The translations under genes were made by a program, and so were the position numbers. From Octopus vulgaris (Eukaryota), in contig OX597814.1 of NCBI GenBank assembly GCA_951406725.2, positions 83,514,001-83,578,000 on the forward strand: a DNA stretch of 64,000 nt, written 5' to 3'. The notes below the pieces were generated by a model, which saw only the letters and a list, made by a program, of their open reading frames with translations, ran no database searches and had not been told where the DNA came from. This document shows positions 27,901 through 37,952 of this stretch, one piece after another (positions within the stretch are counted from its first letter, which is position 1; every line of letters starts with the position of its first letter).

Positions 27901-30900
27901 TCAGATAACTGGACATTAAGAAATCTTCCAAAACTTTAATACTAGTTGGATATTATCACAGCTCTATAGAGACTTCTGTGATAAATTTCTTTATGACTTT
28001 ACCTGCAATAGTTTCATGTTTGCTCTGCCTGCACTTAAACAACAGTTATTTGAATTTTGTTAAGGATTTTGTAAATCTGAATGGCCAAGAACATTGTATA
28101 TTTTTCAGGTTATGAATCCTGAATCTGAACTGATGCAAAAAATTGAGTCTAACCAGGTTAATCTTCCAAGATTATCCAATAGCAACAACAGTTTACAACG
28201 AGACCCTCATATTGATCTCTCTTCATCAACAGACCGGACATTAAGTGATAATCAAGTCAACTCTTTGTCATCAGGAAGTGTGAGTGAAATATAATTACCA
28301 ATATTTCATACAAGTTGTTGATGCTGATTCATTAATATATGTCTGCTTGCAAGATTATTTTTCTTGAGAACCTTTTAATGTATCTAAATAAATTACCAGA
28401 ATTATACAGTTTGGTTGAATAGCATTTGCTCCGACTCAATAACTCTGAACATTCTTAGTTTGCTATCTATGGATGATATTCTGATTTTATTGAATCTTTC
28501 TTTCCTATAACTATATCCTTCTGAAACTTCTCAGCTGTCACATTTTCCCTCCAGCCATTGGCTTCCAAATGTTGAATCTGAACATCACCTACAATACTCT
28601 GACCAAATTATCCCTCTCACCCACCTTACTCTAAACAAACTTAAAAAGGTTTTACTTGCAACCCTTTTTGTCAGACTAAAACATAAAAAAAGAATATCTA
28701 CTGTATTCAAGACATACAGGTCCAGTTTGAAGGAGTCAAAAAGATCTGGTCTAAAGAGATTAAAAAGGTGTGAAGAAACAAACCCCATCAAAATTAATTT
28801 AACTGATCCAGTCAGTCAGATCTTTCAAAATGTATAGACTTTGGGATAATATTTTTATTTTATAATCTTTTCCCATTACAAAATTAAACCCAAGAATTGA
28901 AATTGCTAAATAAGGTATCAGACCAATAACTCCCTAGTCTTTAGTTTAGTCTGTAATTACTGTATCATGTCCCTCTGTAAGAGACATTATTCTATCTTTT
29001 TTTTTATTCCATATTGTTACCATATTTAAGAAATTGTTAATTCAAACAGAAGTTACATGAAAATTTGCTGTTGCCACTGCTGCTATCGGCAGAGGCAGTG
29101 TTGATGATTATTTATCTTCCATTCTCTAATTTGTTTTATTCTTTCTCTTCTCCATAGCTGTCTCTTTCAGATATTGCTGATGATTATTGTGTTGAAGACA
29201 GTTTGTTTGGTGATGATGATGTTTTTGAAGAAGATCTTCTAGATTTGGCAGATGATGTTTCCAGTCCCTCGTCTGACAACAACTCTAATGTATTTCTGGT
29301 TAATGTTGAAACCAGCCAAAGTACTAGTAAGTATTCAGTCTGGAAGTATATGAAAGTGTATTTTGTTGGTGTGAAGAGAGTGAAAGTGTATACTTCAAGC
29401 AGTGCTTTTCACTAAATAAAGAATATTCCTCAGATATACTTTGCCATTATAAGGTCACTTTGTTATAGCATCAGAGATGATTTTCATCTTCATATAGAGT
29501 TTTAATGAATAAATTAGCTGAATGAGAGCCAAATCTTGACCACAATCAAATACATGTGCAAAAACATCATTGAGTTTCAGGAAAGGAAAATGTGAAGTTT
29601 TGACATTTAATCTTTATTTCAAGATTTTGGAATCTCGAAAGTAATGGTTTGACTATGGATCAAAACTGATTCATGAACTCAACTTGCTGGGAACTTCCTG
29701 TTGTGGCTGAGTGGACAGGGTATTGAACTGTCTGTTCATACTTCTTGAGTTTATGTCTACTGCAGGCATTGTAATGTGATTTTGGAAATTATATTTAATT
29801 TTAAAAACCCTAATTCACCTAGCCATTGAGAATAAGGACCAGGTGATGTGTAATATAACATCATTCTAACCAGAAGGCAATTTCTCTTGTCACTTTACCT
29901 GCATGAAGCCAGAACCAAACCTTTCAGTATTATGAGCAGCATTCTTTTTTACTAAACAGTTCAATGTGATATTCTACAACTAACAGAAATAACAACTAAA
30001 TCTCCTTCATGTCACATCCTACTGTCTTTATAAACATTAAATAATATAGTCCAACATATACTTAAAAAAACCAAGTTGATCATAGCTAGAATGCTTTAGA
30101 TCATATATTTGCTCAGTCAGATCAGACCTGGGGTTGAACAGCAACAACATTATATTGGTCTTGAAGTACTGTCAAAGGTCGTCAAGCATGTTCTGTTTAA
30201 ATTTCTGAGATTGAGGACAGTACAAAAATTACTAGTAGTGAAAGAAAAGGATTGCAGCTCTGGGAAGGTATGATTAGGTAAAATGTCCAGATTAGTATCT
30301 GGTTTGGTGAAACAAAGTTGGAATGACAAGAGGACAATTGAAGAATGAATCAGGAAACTGACAGTGGAGGTGGTATGTATGTTTGCTTCTACAAAGAAAC
30401 AGAAACAGTAGTAATGGTTTTGCAAAAAGAGGGAAGGAAGAGACATCACATATGTGGATGTGTAACTAGAGCATGTTGATGTGTAAGTATTTGCCAATGA
30501 TTAAAATGAGTTTCTTTCAGGTGTCAGCTAGAATGTTTGTGTGTGTAGGAATAGCGCTGAGCCAGATATCTGAATAATATTTCAATGTTGCTTACACTTT
30601 ATTGTTAATTGAGTGTTAGTAACTATTCAGAGCTGGATAGTTTTTCTACATCAAGAGGAAGTCTTATCTTTGAGACACAAGCTTGGCAGTGTGATATGAG
30701 ACCATGGCAAATTGTCAAAGATTGTGAGGCCTAACCTTCGTATTGACTTCATAGGATTTAGTTGCATGCTGGTTTTATTGTACTCCCAACATATCTTGAT
30801 TTTATTTTTGTATATTTATTTCTCTTTCTTTTCTCGCAGACCAGTCAACAAGCAATCTGTGTTCTCATGTGAGTTCCCAGGGACTTGGTTCTACATCTAA

Positions 30901-31411
30901 CAACAACAACTTGCCTGAAGTTGAAATTCAAGCTGTTCCAGATAATCTGCACGATTTCTGGCCTGCACCGAACTTAGTAAAATCTTGGTCACACAATTCC
31001 ATCAATGTAATGAGTCATTTATTGAATACAGAACCAAGGAAACGGAAAATTTCTATACATTCAATGAGTAATGATAGTATCCCTAATGCTTTGAAAACAT
31101 GTTCAAAAATATCTAATATTGTCCCAGTGAAAGACATAAGCATTCCAGTTGAAAACCGAGTAACATGTGCAGTTGAAGTTCACCAGCAGGAATGTATAAG
31201 TAGCCCTGTACAAAAAAGCATCAGCTGTAACCAGCTTTACAAAGATGAAGAATTGTCCACAAAACTACATTTAGTTAATCCATCTAGTCAGGAGACGTTG
31301 ATTTATGAGAATAACAATCAAACACCAGATCTCCTTACACAAATTTATCGCAACAAAGACTCAACGCCTTCACCGAAACAGTCAGAAAGTAGTCAAGAAA
31401 CAACTTGTTGA
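9864..31411 (+). CDS. CNGB: Cyclic nucleotide-gated channel beta subunit (CNGB/TAX-2-like), 5'-partial; join(9864-9928,13215-13337,14112-14253,16687-16846,19497-19594,21741-21824,24291-24409,25185-25328,27157-27268,28109-28279,29158-29326,30840-31411)
   Basis: All exons are AG/GT-bounded with compatible phases; 1959 nt = 652 aa + TGA. Translation follows CNGB landmarks: [25 protein letters not shown], pore [11 protein letters not shown] (no Glu), [15 protein letters not shown]-linker, [14 protein letters not shown]...FGEISLL...RRTADV, and no recognisable CLZ. Confidence 0.95.
11830..11990 (-). mobile_element. Degenerate Penelope-like pLTR with a decayed minimal hammerhead (11921-11947)
   Basis: Reverse complement CTGATGA-A-GAGC-CAT-GCTC-AAGAT-GTC, versus the minimal HHR pattern CTGATGAA-stem-GAAAC-GTC; abuts (TA)n. 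Confidence 0.45.
13215..13337 (+). CDS. CNGB: CNGB exon (S5: [41 protein letters not shown])
   Basis: tttcag acceptor, gtgagt donor; S5 and the WVY.G.GN motif. Confidence 0.95.
14112..14253 (+). CDS. CNGB: CNGB exon (pore helix, filter, S6)
   Basis: [47 protein letters not shown]; ttccag acceptor, CAG|gtaaat donor. Confidence 0.97.
14866..15645 (-). mobile_element. Truncated mariner transposase pseudogene
   Basis: ORFs 15169-15504 ([30 protein letters not shown]) and 14866-15087 ([17 protein letters not shown]...NANLYAQQL). Confidence 0.85.
16687..16846 (+). CDS. CNGB: CNGB exon (C-linker)
   Basis: [20 protein letters not shown]...[23 protein letters not shown]; caacag acceptor, gtatat donor. 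Confidence 0.95.
19497..19594 (+). CDS. CNGB: CNGB exon (C-linker)
   Basis: [33 protein letters not shown]; tttcag acceptor, gtctgt donor. Confidence 0.95.
19950..20300 (+). mobile_element. LINE 3'-end fragment
   Basis: [30 protein letters not shown] resembles the post-RT R..RL..AGHC motif; (TAA)n tail. Confidence 0.55.
21741..21824 (+). CDS. CNGB: CNGB exon (CNBD start)
   Basis: [28 protein letters not shown]; taatag acceptor, gttagt donor. Confidence 0.95.
22630..23340 (-). mobile_element. Internally deleted Tc1/mariner-superfamily element
   Basis: TIRs cagggtggtc..tcttgttacctcctac / gtagggggtaacaagacttggaccaccctg, TA TSD; catalytic fragment IWAAIS...IGPYFF...WFQQDGA...WLPRSPDL. Confidence 0.88.
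23755..24130. mobile_element. Foldback/MITE with long imperfect TIRs in a CNGB intron
   Basis: ttgtatctcaggagggtcattctatcaataat...ttcacttctttat pairs with ataaagaagtgaa...attattggtataatgagcctcgtaaaatacag. Confidence 0.7.
24291..24409 (+). CDS. CNGB: CNGB exon (CNBD beta-roll)
   Basis: [40 protein letters not shown]; cctag acceptor, gtaaaa donor. Confidence 0.97.
25185..25328 (+). CDS. CNGB: CNGB exon (phosphate-binding cassette, B/C helices)
   Basis: [48 protein letters not shown]; ttctag acceptor, gtaaga donor. Confidence 0.97.
27157..27268 (+). CDS. CNGB: CNGB exon (end of C-helix, post-CNBD)
   Basis: [37 protein letters not shown]; long pyrimidine tract + tgtag acceptor, gtaact donor. 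Confidence 0.92.
28109..28279 (+). CDS. CNGB: CNGB exon (C-tail, Ser/Asn-rich)
   Basis: tttcag acceptor, gtgagt donor, open in phase 0; no homology support recognised. Confidence 0.8.
29158..29326 (+). CDS. CNGB: CNGB exon (C-tail, acidic)
   Basis: Pyrimidine tract + catag acceptor, gtaagt donor; phases 0/1 link the flanking exons; [33 protein letters not shown]... Confidence 0.78.
30840..31411 (+). CDS. CNGB: CNGB terminal coding exon
   Basis: Strong acceptor (tttcttttctcgcag); phase 1 joins into the 180-aa ORF 30869-31411, which ends QETTC*. Confidence 0.82.
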
Positions 31412-33102
31412 ATTTTTTTTATTAACTTTTTTGAGGCAAATACTAAATCGCTTGTAAGATTCTCAGTCTGCATTCTGCACTGGTCATCCCTAGTCACCAC
31501 AAGGTTTTTTTTTTAATTCTCAGCCTAAATCATTTGGTAATCTTTAATATTCAGTACTTAATAATCTTTTTTTTAATTATCCCTAATAACAGAAAACTCA
31601 TAACAACTGTTATTATCCATTATCATAAAATATAATTTAGTATTAAATAGTAGCAAGCAAGAAGTAAGCTTCGTGAAGGCTACATATCTTTGATAGCCAG
31701 TTGAAGATAATTCATTTTCATTGATTATACCTCTGGCTATATCACAAAAGGCCAGTTTGCCGTTACAGTAAATCTGAGGCTTGTACCTAATCACAAGGAA
31801 TTCAGAATTATATAATATTTTAAACGTGGCAAGTTGTAGGACATGAAAAATGTCAGATTAGATGACTTTTGTCTTGCTATATAAACTATGATTGGTGAAA
31901 TATCAATGTTATGCCTTGATCAACTCAAATTTCCCCTTATGCTTAATCAGAAGAAATTTATGTTATTCAGTATCTCATCTAGGTATTAATATCTATATTA
32001 GAGATATAAGATAAAATTCCACCATGTTTGTTGTTATATTTCACTGATATTATAGCTAGAATTATTAAGTATTATGTCTATATAATTACATGTATAAAAT
32101 TCTATATTCATTTGGTTATTATACATATATTTAGATGTTTTACTTTGATGATACTTCTTTAAGACAACCATGTCATTTCATATTGAGTATAAAATGTAAA
32201 ACAAAATTTGAATACATATTATATTAGTAGAATTATAAGATTTTCTTAAGAAAATGTTCTAATATTGATTAAAAGAGTGAGAAAAATATTTAAGATATAA
32301 GTATTGTATGAAATGTATGAGAACAAAAGAGATTCACTGCAATTGTACATACACTCACACACACATATATGGTGGCCTCAATAATGTTGGTGCCACAAAA
32401 AAATGCACCTGTCAGGAAGGGTATGCATGACATAGCCCTATCAAATCATTCAACACATGCTGGCATGGAAGGCAGACATAAAATACTGATGTCAATTATA
32501 TAAATATCATCATTGCTTTAACATCCACTTTTCTGCGCTTGTATGGGTAGAATAGAGTTTATTGAGACAGATTTTCTATGGCTAAATGCCCTTCCTGTTA
32601 TCATCTCTCACCTGTTTTCAAGCAAGGTGATATTTCCCCCATAGTCAGACATGGTTCCACAGAATGTTCGGAATGAATGACACTGCTTGTATGACAGTGT
32701 CACTCATTTACAACTATCATTCAGTGTCAAGACAATGGTGTATCTAGATTTGGATTCGGCTATGAATATAAGCCTGTAATATATTGGGTTACAAAACCCT
32801 TAAGTGGAAAAAAATAAACCAAAGACTGGGTTCATGTCCTACATGTAACCCTCAGTCTTTTCTCCATCCATGAGGATAACCCAGTACATTACAAAGTATT
32901 ATTTATAGATGTGTCAGCATCAAGATTCACCATTAAAATGATTATTTACATAGTTTCTTGAAGTTTCCATATTCTCATAATACAAACACACTGACATATA
33001 TATTAGTTGTATATATATTTTCATTATTTATGTGTGTGTGTGTGTGTGTGTGTCTCTCTCTCTCTCTCTCTCAATATATATATACACACACACAAACTGG
33101 CT

Positions 33103-33605
33103 CTAAAAGTGACTAAGGGTGCAAGTCAGCATCAGCATTGCTAGAAATAAAGTCAAGACAACTCTTAGTCATGAACAGAGCATTTTCTGTTCAAAGAGCA
33201 CTATCCATTGGCTGACAAGGGAGACAGCCTCCCTACTGCAAGTGACGACACCAGATCACCAGTGATTTCAGATCAAATTAATCCTCATCAGTGACTAAAA
33301 TGGTAAAGTGATAATTATCATTTTACCATTTTACTGAATCAGCCACTGATTTGTATGGTATTTTTTATAAACTGACAAGTCAAGTTAGCTTAACCATAGG
33401 CAATGGAGTAGCATCACCAATGAGGATTAATTTGATCCAACATCACCGATGATCTGGTGCCCTCGCTTACTGTAGGGAGGTTATCTCCTTTGTCAGTCAA
33501 TAGATAGTGTGTTTTGAACAGAAAATACTCAGCTCATAGCTAAGAGTTGTCTTGACTCTTATTTCTAGCATTGCTGTGCTGATTTGCACCTTTAGTCACT
33601 TTTAG
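33103..33605. repeat. Long inverted repeat (192-bp arms 33103-33294 / 33414-33605), each arm with a hammerhead motif; putative inverted Penelope-like pLTR pair
   Basis: Arms align end-to-end as reverse complements (~85% by eye); a 38-bp near-perfect hairpin at 33296-33333 lies in the spacer. Confidence 0.9.
33248..33295 (-). ncRNA. Hammerhead motif in the left arm of the foldback
   Basis: Reverse complement: GTCA-CTGATGA-GGATTAA-T-TTGATCT-GAAA-TCACTGGTG-ATC-TGGT; AUC triplet. Confidence 0.65.
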
Positions 33606-33670
33606 TGATGATTTGTACTTGTGCCTTTTGGTTTTAAATTGTGACTAGCCACATTGATAATTTATATAGA

Positions 33671-33736
<66 letters not shown>

Positions 33737-34112
33737 TATATATGTCATCATAATCATTTAATATCCATGTTCCATGCTGTTGTGTGTTTGATGGTTTTAC
33801 AGGATCTGAAGGAGTGTGGTCGTTGCCAGACTGGCCCTCATGCTGGTGGCACATAAAAGCACCCACTACACTCTCGGAGTGGTTGGTATTAGGAAGGGCA
33901 TCCAGCAGTAGAAACTTTAGCAGATCAGATTGGAGCCTGGTGCAGCCTTCTGGCTCGCCAGTCCTCAGTCAAACCGTCCAACCTATGCCAGCATGGAAAG
34001 CAGACATTAAACAACGATGATGATGATGATGCATATATGTATACATAAGCATATATATGTGTGTGTGTGGGTATGTATATATATATATGTGTATGTGTAT
34101 ATACACTATCTA

Positions 34113-34150
<38 letters not shown>

Positions 34151-34153
<3 letters not shown>

Positions 34154-34383
34154 GGTTGGCCAAAAGTCATCTGACAGTAAATCAAAACCATTTAATTCCA
34201 AGATTTATTTGTTTAGCTACTGAATGAGACTTCACTAACAAATACACAAATGTTGAAAAAATGGTGATTTTACCTCACAACATTCAATTATAAAACATTC
34301 ATAACTAGAATGAATAAATATAATTGAATATTAAGTATTTATGGAATTTTGATTTACTGTTGGGTGACTTTTGGCCAACCCTC
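34151..34383. mobile_element. Tc1/mariner-type MITE
   Basis: ~40-bp TIRs cagggttggccaaaagtca... / ...tgacttttggccaaccctc, flanked by TA, inside (TA)n; non-coding. Confidence 0.85.
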
Positions 34384-34590
34384 TATATGTGTGTATATAT
34401 GTATATATACATATATATGTATATATATATATATGTGTGTGTATATATATATATATACATACATACATGTGTGTATATGTACATATATATATATATCTAT
34501 ATATGCATACATATATGTATATATACACTTATATATACACATGTATATATGTATATATACATATATGTATATATACACTTATATATACAC

Positions 34591-34638
<48 letters not shown>

Positions 34639-34639
34639 A

Positions 34640-34725
34640 TTCCCTGATGAGAAGATTGCATTGTATTACACCATTTTATTCCTTTTGGAATAATATCAAT
34701 GTTGTCTTCGAAACATATGTCGGAA
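34640..34725 (+). ncRNA. Type I hammerhead ribozyme, core intact, extended stem II
   Basis: TTCC-CTGATGA-GAAGAT...GTCTTC-GAAAC-ATAT-GTC-GGAA: stem I TTCC/GGAA, stem II GAAGAT/GTCTTC, palindromic stem III ACATATGT, GUC triplet. Confidence 0.85.
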
Positions 34726-35575
34726 GTAAAAGAATTTGTATAACACCTGCATTTAACTCCATTTATTTATTTATATATGTATATATTTTTATACATATAT
34801 ATACATGTATATATTTATACATATATAAAACACATATATGTGTGTATATATAGATATGTGTGTGTGTTTGTGCATTTTGTGGAAGAAAACTATATACAAG
34901 TGTTTGAATGAGAGCACATGAATGATTTTTTTTTTTTCATTTTGATAATAAATAATTTTTAGTCTTTTAAACTTTTAATCTATTTTAACCAATCTAATTT
35001 TAATAATCAAGAATTCATTTGGTAATCAAGGTGCTCAAAATATCCAAGGTACCGTACCTGCTTTGTAGATGAGGTGAGTTGGTATCTCACTTATGCCACT
35101 GTATTATATACTGTAAGGCAGTTAAACTTTTCTTTCCTTACTTCTTTGTAGTAAAAGAGATGAAATTTCTTGTAGTTTGCTGAGACAGGTAGTTTGTTAA
35201 GCTCCATCACTCAGATTTAATGCTCTCGCATGAAGAATAGCATAAATAATTAACTCATAATTTTAAATTGATTTAATAAACTAATCAAAGGTGTCTACAT
35301 TTTTGACCAATATTTTTGCAGCACTGACCGCACTGTTTCTGTACACAAAAGACATACGTATTTATAACCACCAATGCAGACAAATATGAAAGCCAGTTTC
35401 GCACCAAGCCTCTGCTGAAACTATATATTTCCTCAGCTATACCAAAAACAAAATTGTTGAAAGTGTTTTTTTTTAATTTTTCTTTTGAAATGAAATATTC
35501 GCAAAGTGATTTTATTTCTGCAACATTTGCTCAGGAAAATCTCTTACTCTCCTTTTCCACATTCCATTTTTCTGT

Positions 35576-35651
<76 letters not shown>

Positions 35652-35896
35652 ATGTTTGGCTGTTGGGCTCTGTCTGTTTGTCTGTCTCTATTCTACACCT
35701 CTCATTCACTGATACCTATACGTACATTTATATATCTTACTCATTCTTTTCTCTTTTGTTTTCTTATACACATTCCATTTCATTGTGTATCTTTCTTCTT
35801 CAATCTCTCTTTCATACACAGATTTCTTTACTCTTGCATTCAGCTTTTTCGTTTTCTGTGTTCCATTTTTTCTTTGCCCCAATTTTATATCTATCC

Positions 35897-35961
<65 letters not shown>

Positions 35962-36849
35962 CATATATATATATGTATGTATGTATGTATCTTGATTTTC
36001 CTTTCTTTCTCTCATTGATTTCACTGTTTCTTTCCCCTCACTGCTCTTTCTACATTTTAGCACTTCTCTAGAAAATTCCATACAGATTATACAATCTTTC
36101 CTAATTCACGATAAATTTTCTGCCCATATTTCTAGAAATATTTTCAAGAACCTTCAAATTTTGTATCAGCTGGAGATATTTCAAGGATTTTCTTAATTTA
36201 ATATGTCAATTTTAGTTATATTTTCCTACAAAATATTGAATTCCAAGGAATGCTGAAGATTGAAACCATGACTTCTATAGTTCAGCTAAAAACACTTTAC
36301 CTCCCCCTTTTTTTTTCAGATAATTGTATTTTTACTCTCTCTCCCTCTTTCATACATGTATGCATGTGTGTGTGTATGTGTGTGTGAATATTTTTATGCC
36401 TGTCTGTATTTGAAGTTGAGAAATTCAACTTAACCTATTCACTCTTCCATGTGTATATATATGTATACATCATTACCATTAATACTGTCACATTACCAAA
36501 GACTTAGTCTTTGAATTTACTTCTGACACATTCCTGGCAATAACATCTGTTAATTCTCTTCCTGGCCTTTTTTTATCTTCAGTGAGACCTTATAAGGTAA
36601 AAATAAAATGGATATTTTTTTTAAGGCAAGAATGTGAAGAAGCCATTGTAAGTGAGTGGTGTTGACCATATCAAATAACCTGTATATGTATCTATGTGTA
36701 TATCTTTTCGAATACACTCTAACAGACCACACACTTATTCTTTGAATCATTCACTTTAATCTGTATATCCATCTTTTTACATATCTCTCTTTTTATCTTT
36801 CTTATTCTCTCTCTCCTACTCATGTTATTTATACATACATAGATACATT

Positions 36850-36881
<32 letters not shown>

Positions 36882-37023
36882 AGCATACACACCCACACAC
36901 ATGTATGTATGCATGTATATGTATAATGCTCTCTTCAATTCTTGGCCTCTGTCACATTTTCTTTCATACTGCACATACATCTACAGTGGTTCACCTTGCT
37001 ATTAAAATGTCTTATTTATCTAT

Positions 37024-37108
<85 letters not shown>

Positions 37109-37292
37109 TTGGTTGTCCTGAATCAGGAAAAAAAGCATACTCTAAAATAAATTTTGAGCAGTTGTATTTTTATGTATTTGAGTCATATAACCTTGATTTA
37201 TTGAATATAACCTGTCAGAAAGTTACTATTGCACCTGGCAATGTAGACGTTACATCAGACCTGCTAGCCAGAAGCACATAGCCTTATTACTG

Positions 37293-37650
37293 ATGGAGGC
37301 AAATATACAGTCTCAGTTTGATTATGCAAAAACCAAAATGAATAAAGACGTTTTTGATGCAATGGCTCCCTATTACAATGAAGCTCTGGTAGCTAGTGGG
37401 TTTACCGTGTCACCTATATGCCAGGACCTAACACCCACAAAAGAATGTGCTGATGTAAAATCCTCTGGTTTGCTCCACTCTTCTCATTCAATGTCAAGAC
37501 CTGTGTTTTCTTTTGTTTCAGTTTATACTAGCAAACTAAAACTATACTTAACTCCATCAGTATTAAGCTTATGTGCTTCTGGCCAGCTGGTCTGATGAGA
37601 CAACTATACTGCCAAATGCAATAGTGGACATGAAATCAATGGTTACTTTC
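37293..37650 (+). mobile_element. Penelope-like element remnant (RT C-terminal region plus degenerate hammerhead)
   Basis: NKDVFDAMAPYYNEALVASGF and frameshifted KILWFAPLFSFNVKT resemble the PLE RNIIWFNPPFS.NVKT motif; followed by CTGATGA at 37592 and GAAA at 37632. Confidence 0.6.
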
Positions 37651-37911
37651 TGACTAGTTATATGGCAAAACCAATGATGTACTTGATTACATAAAAGTAT
37701 ACATATAAATCATCAAAATCTCTTTTGAACTGTGCATGTCTCACATATTTTCTCCCTCTCATGCTACACATACATATACATTCATTCATATGCATTTTCT
37801 CATTATATAATTTCAATGGAATGCCCAAAATTAAAAAGACATACTTTAGCTGCCCAGAGATAGAGCAGTTAGATATTACACTTATACTTATGTAGAATGG
37901 TTAGTGTTTGA

Positions 37912-37952
<41 letters not shown>

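Noticed and set aside
33750-34030. Inverted ends around a (GAT)n-tailed repeat
   Set aside because: Explained by two oppositely oriented fragments of a common LINE-tail repeat also seen at 4850, 7115, 16960, 18640 and 45725.
35385-35440. Minus-strand CTGAGGA...GAAAC, a possible hammerhead
   Set aside because: No closing stem II pair and no proper stem III or stem I.
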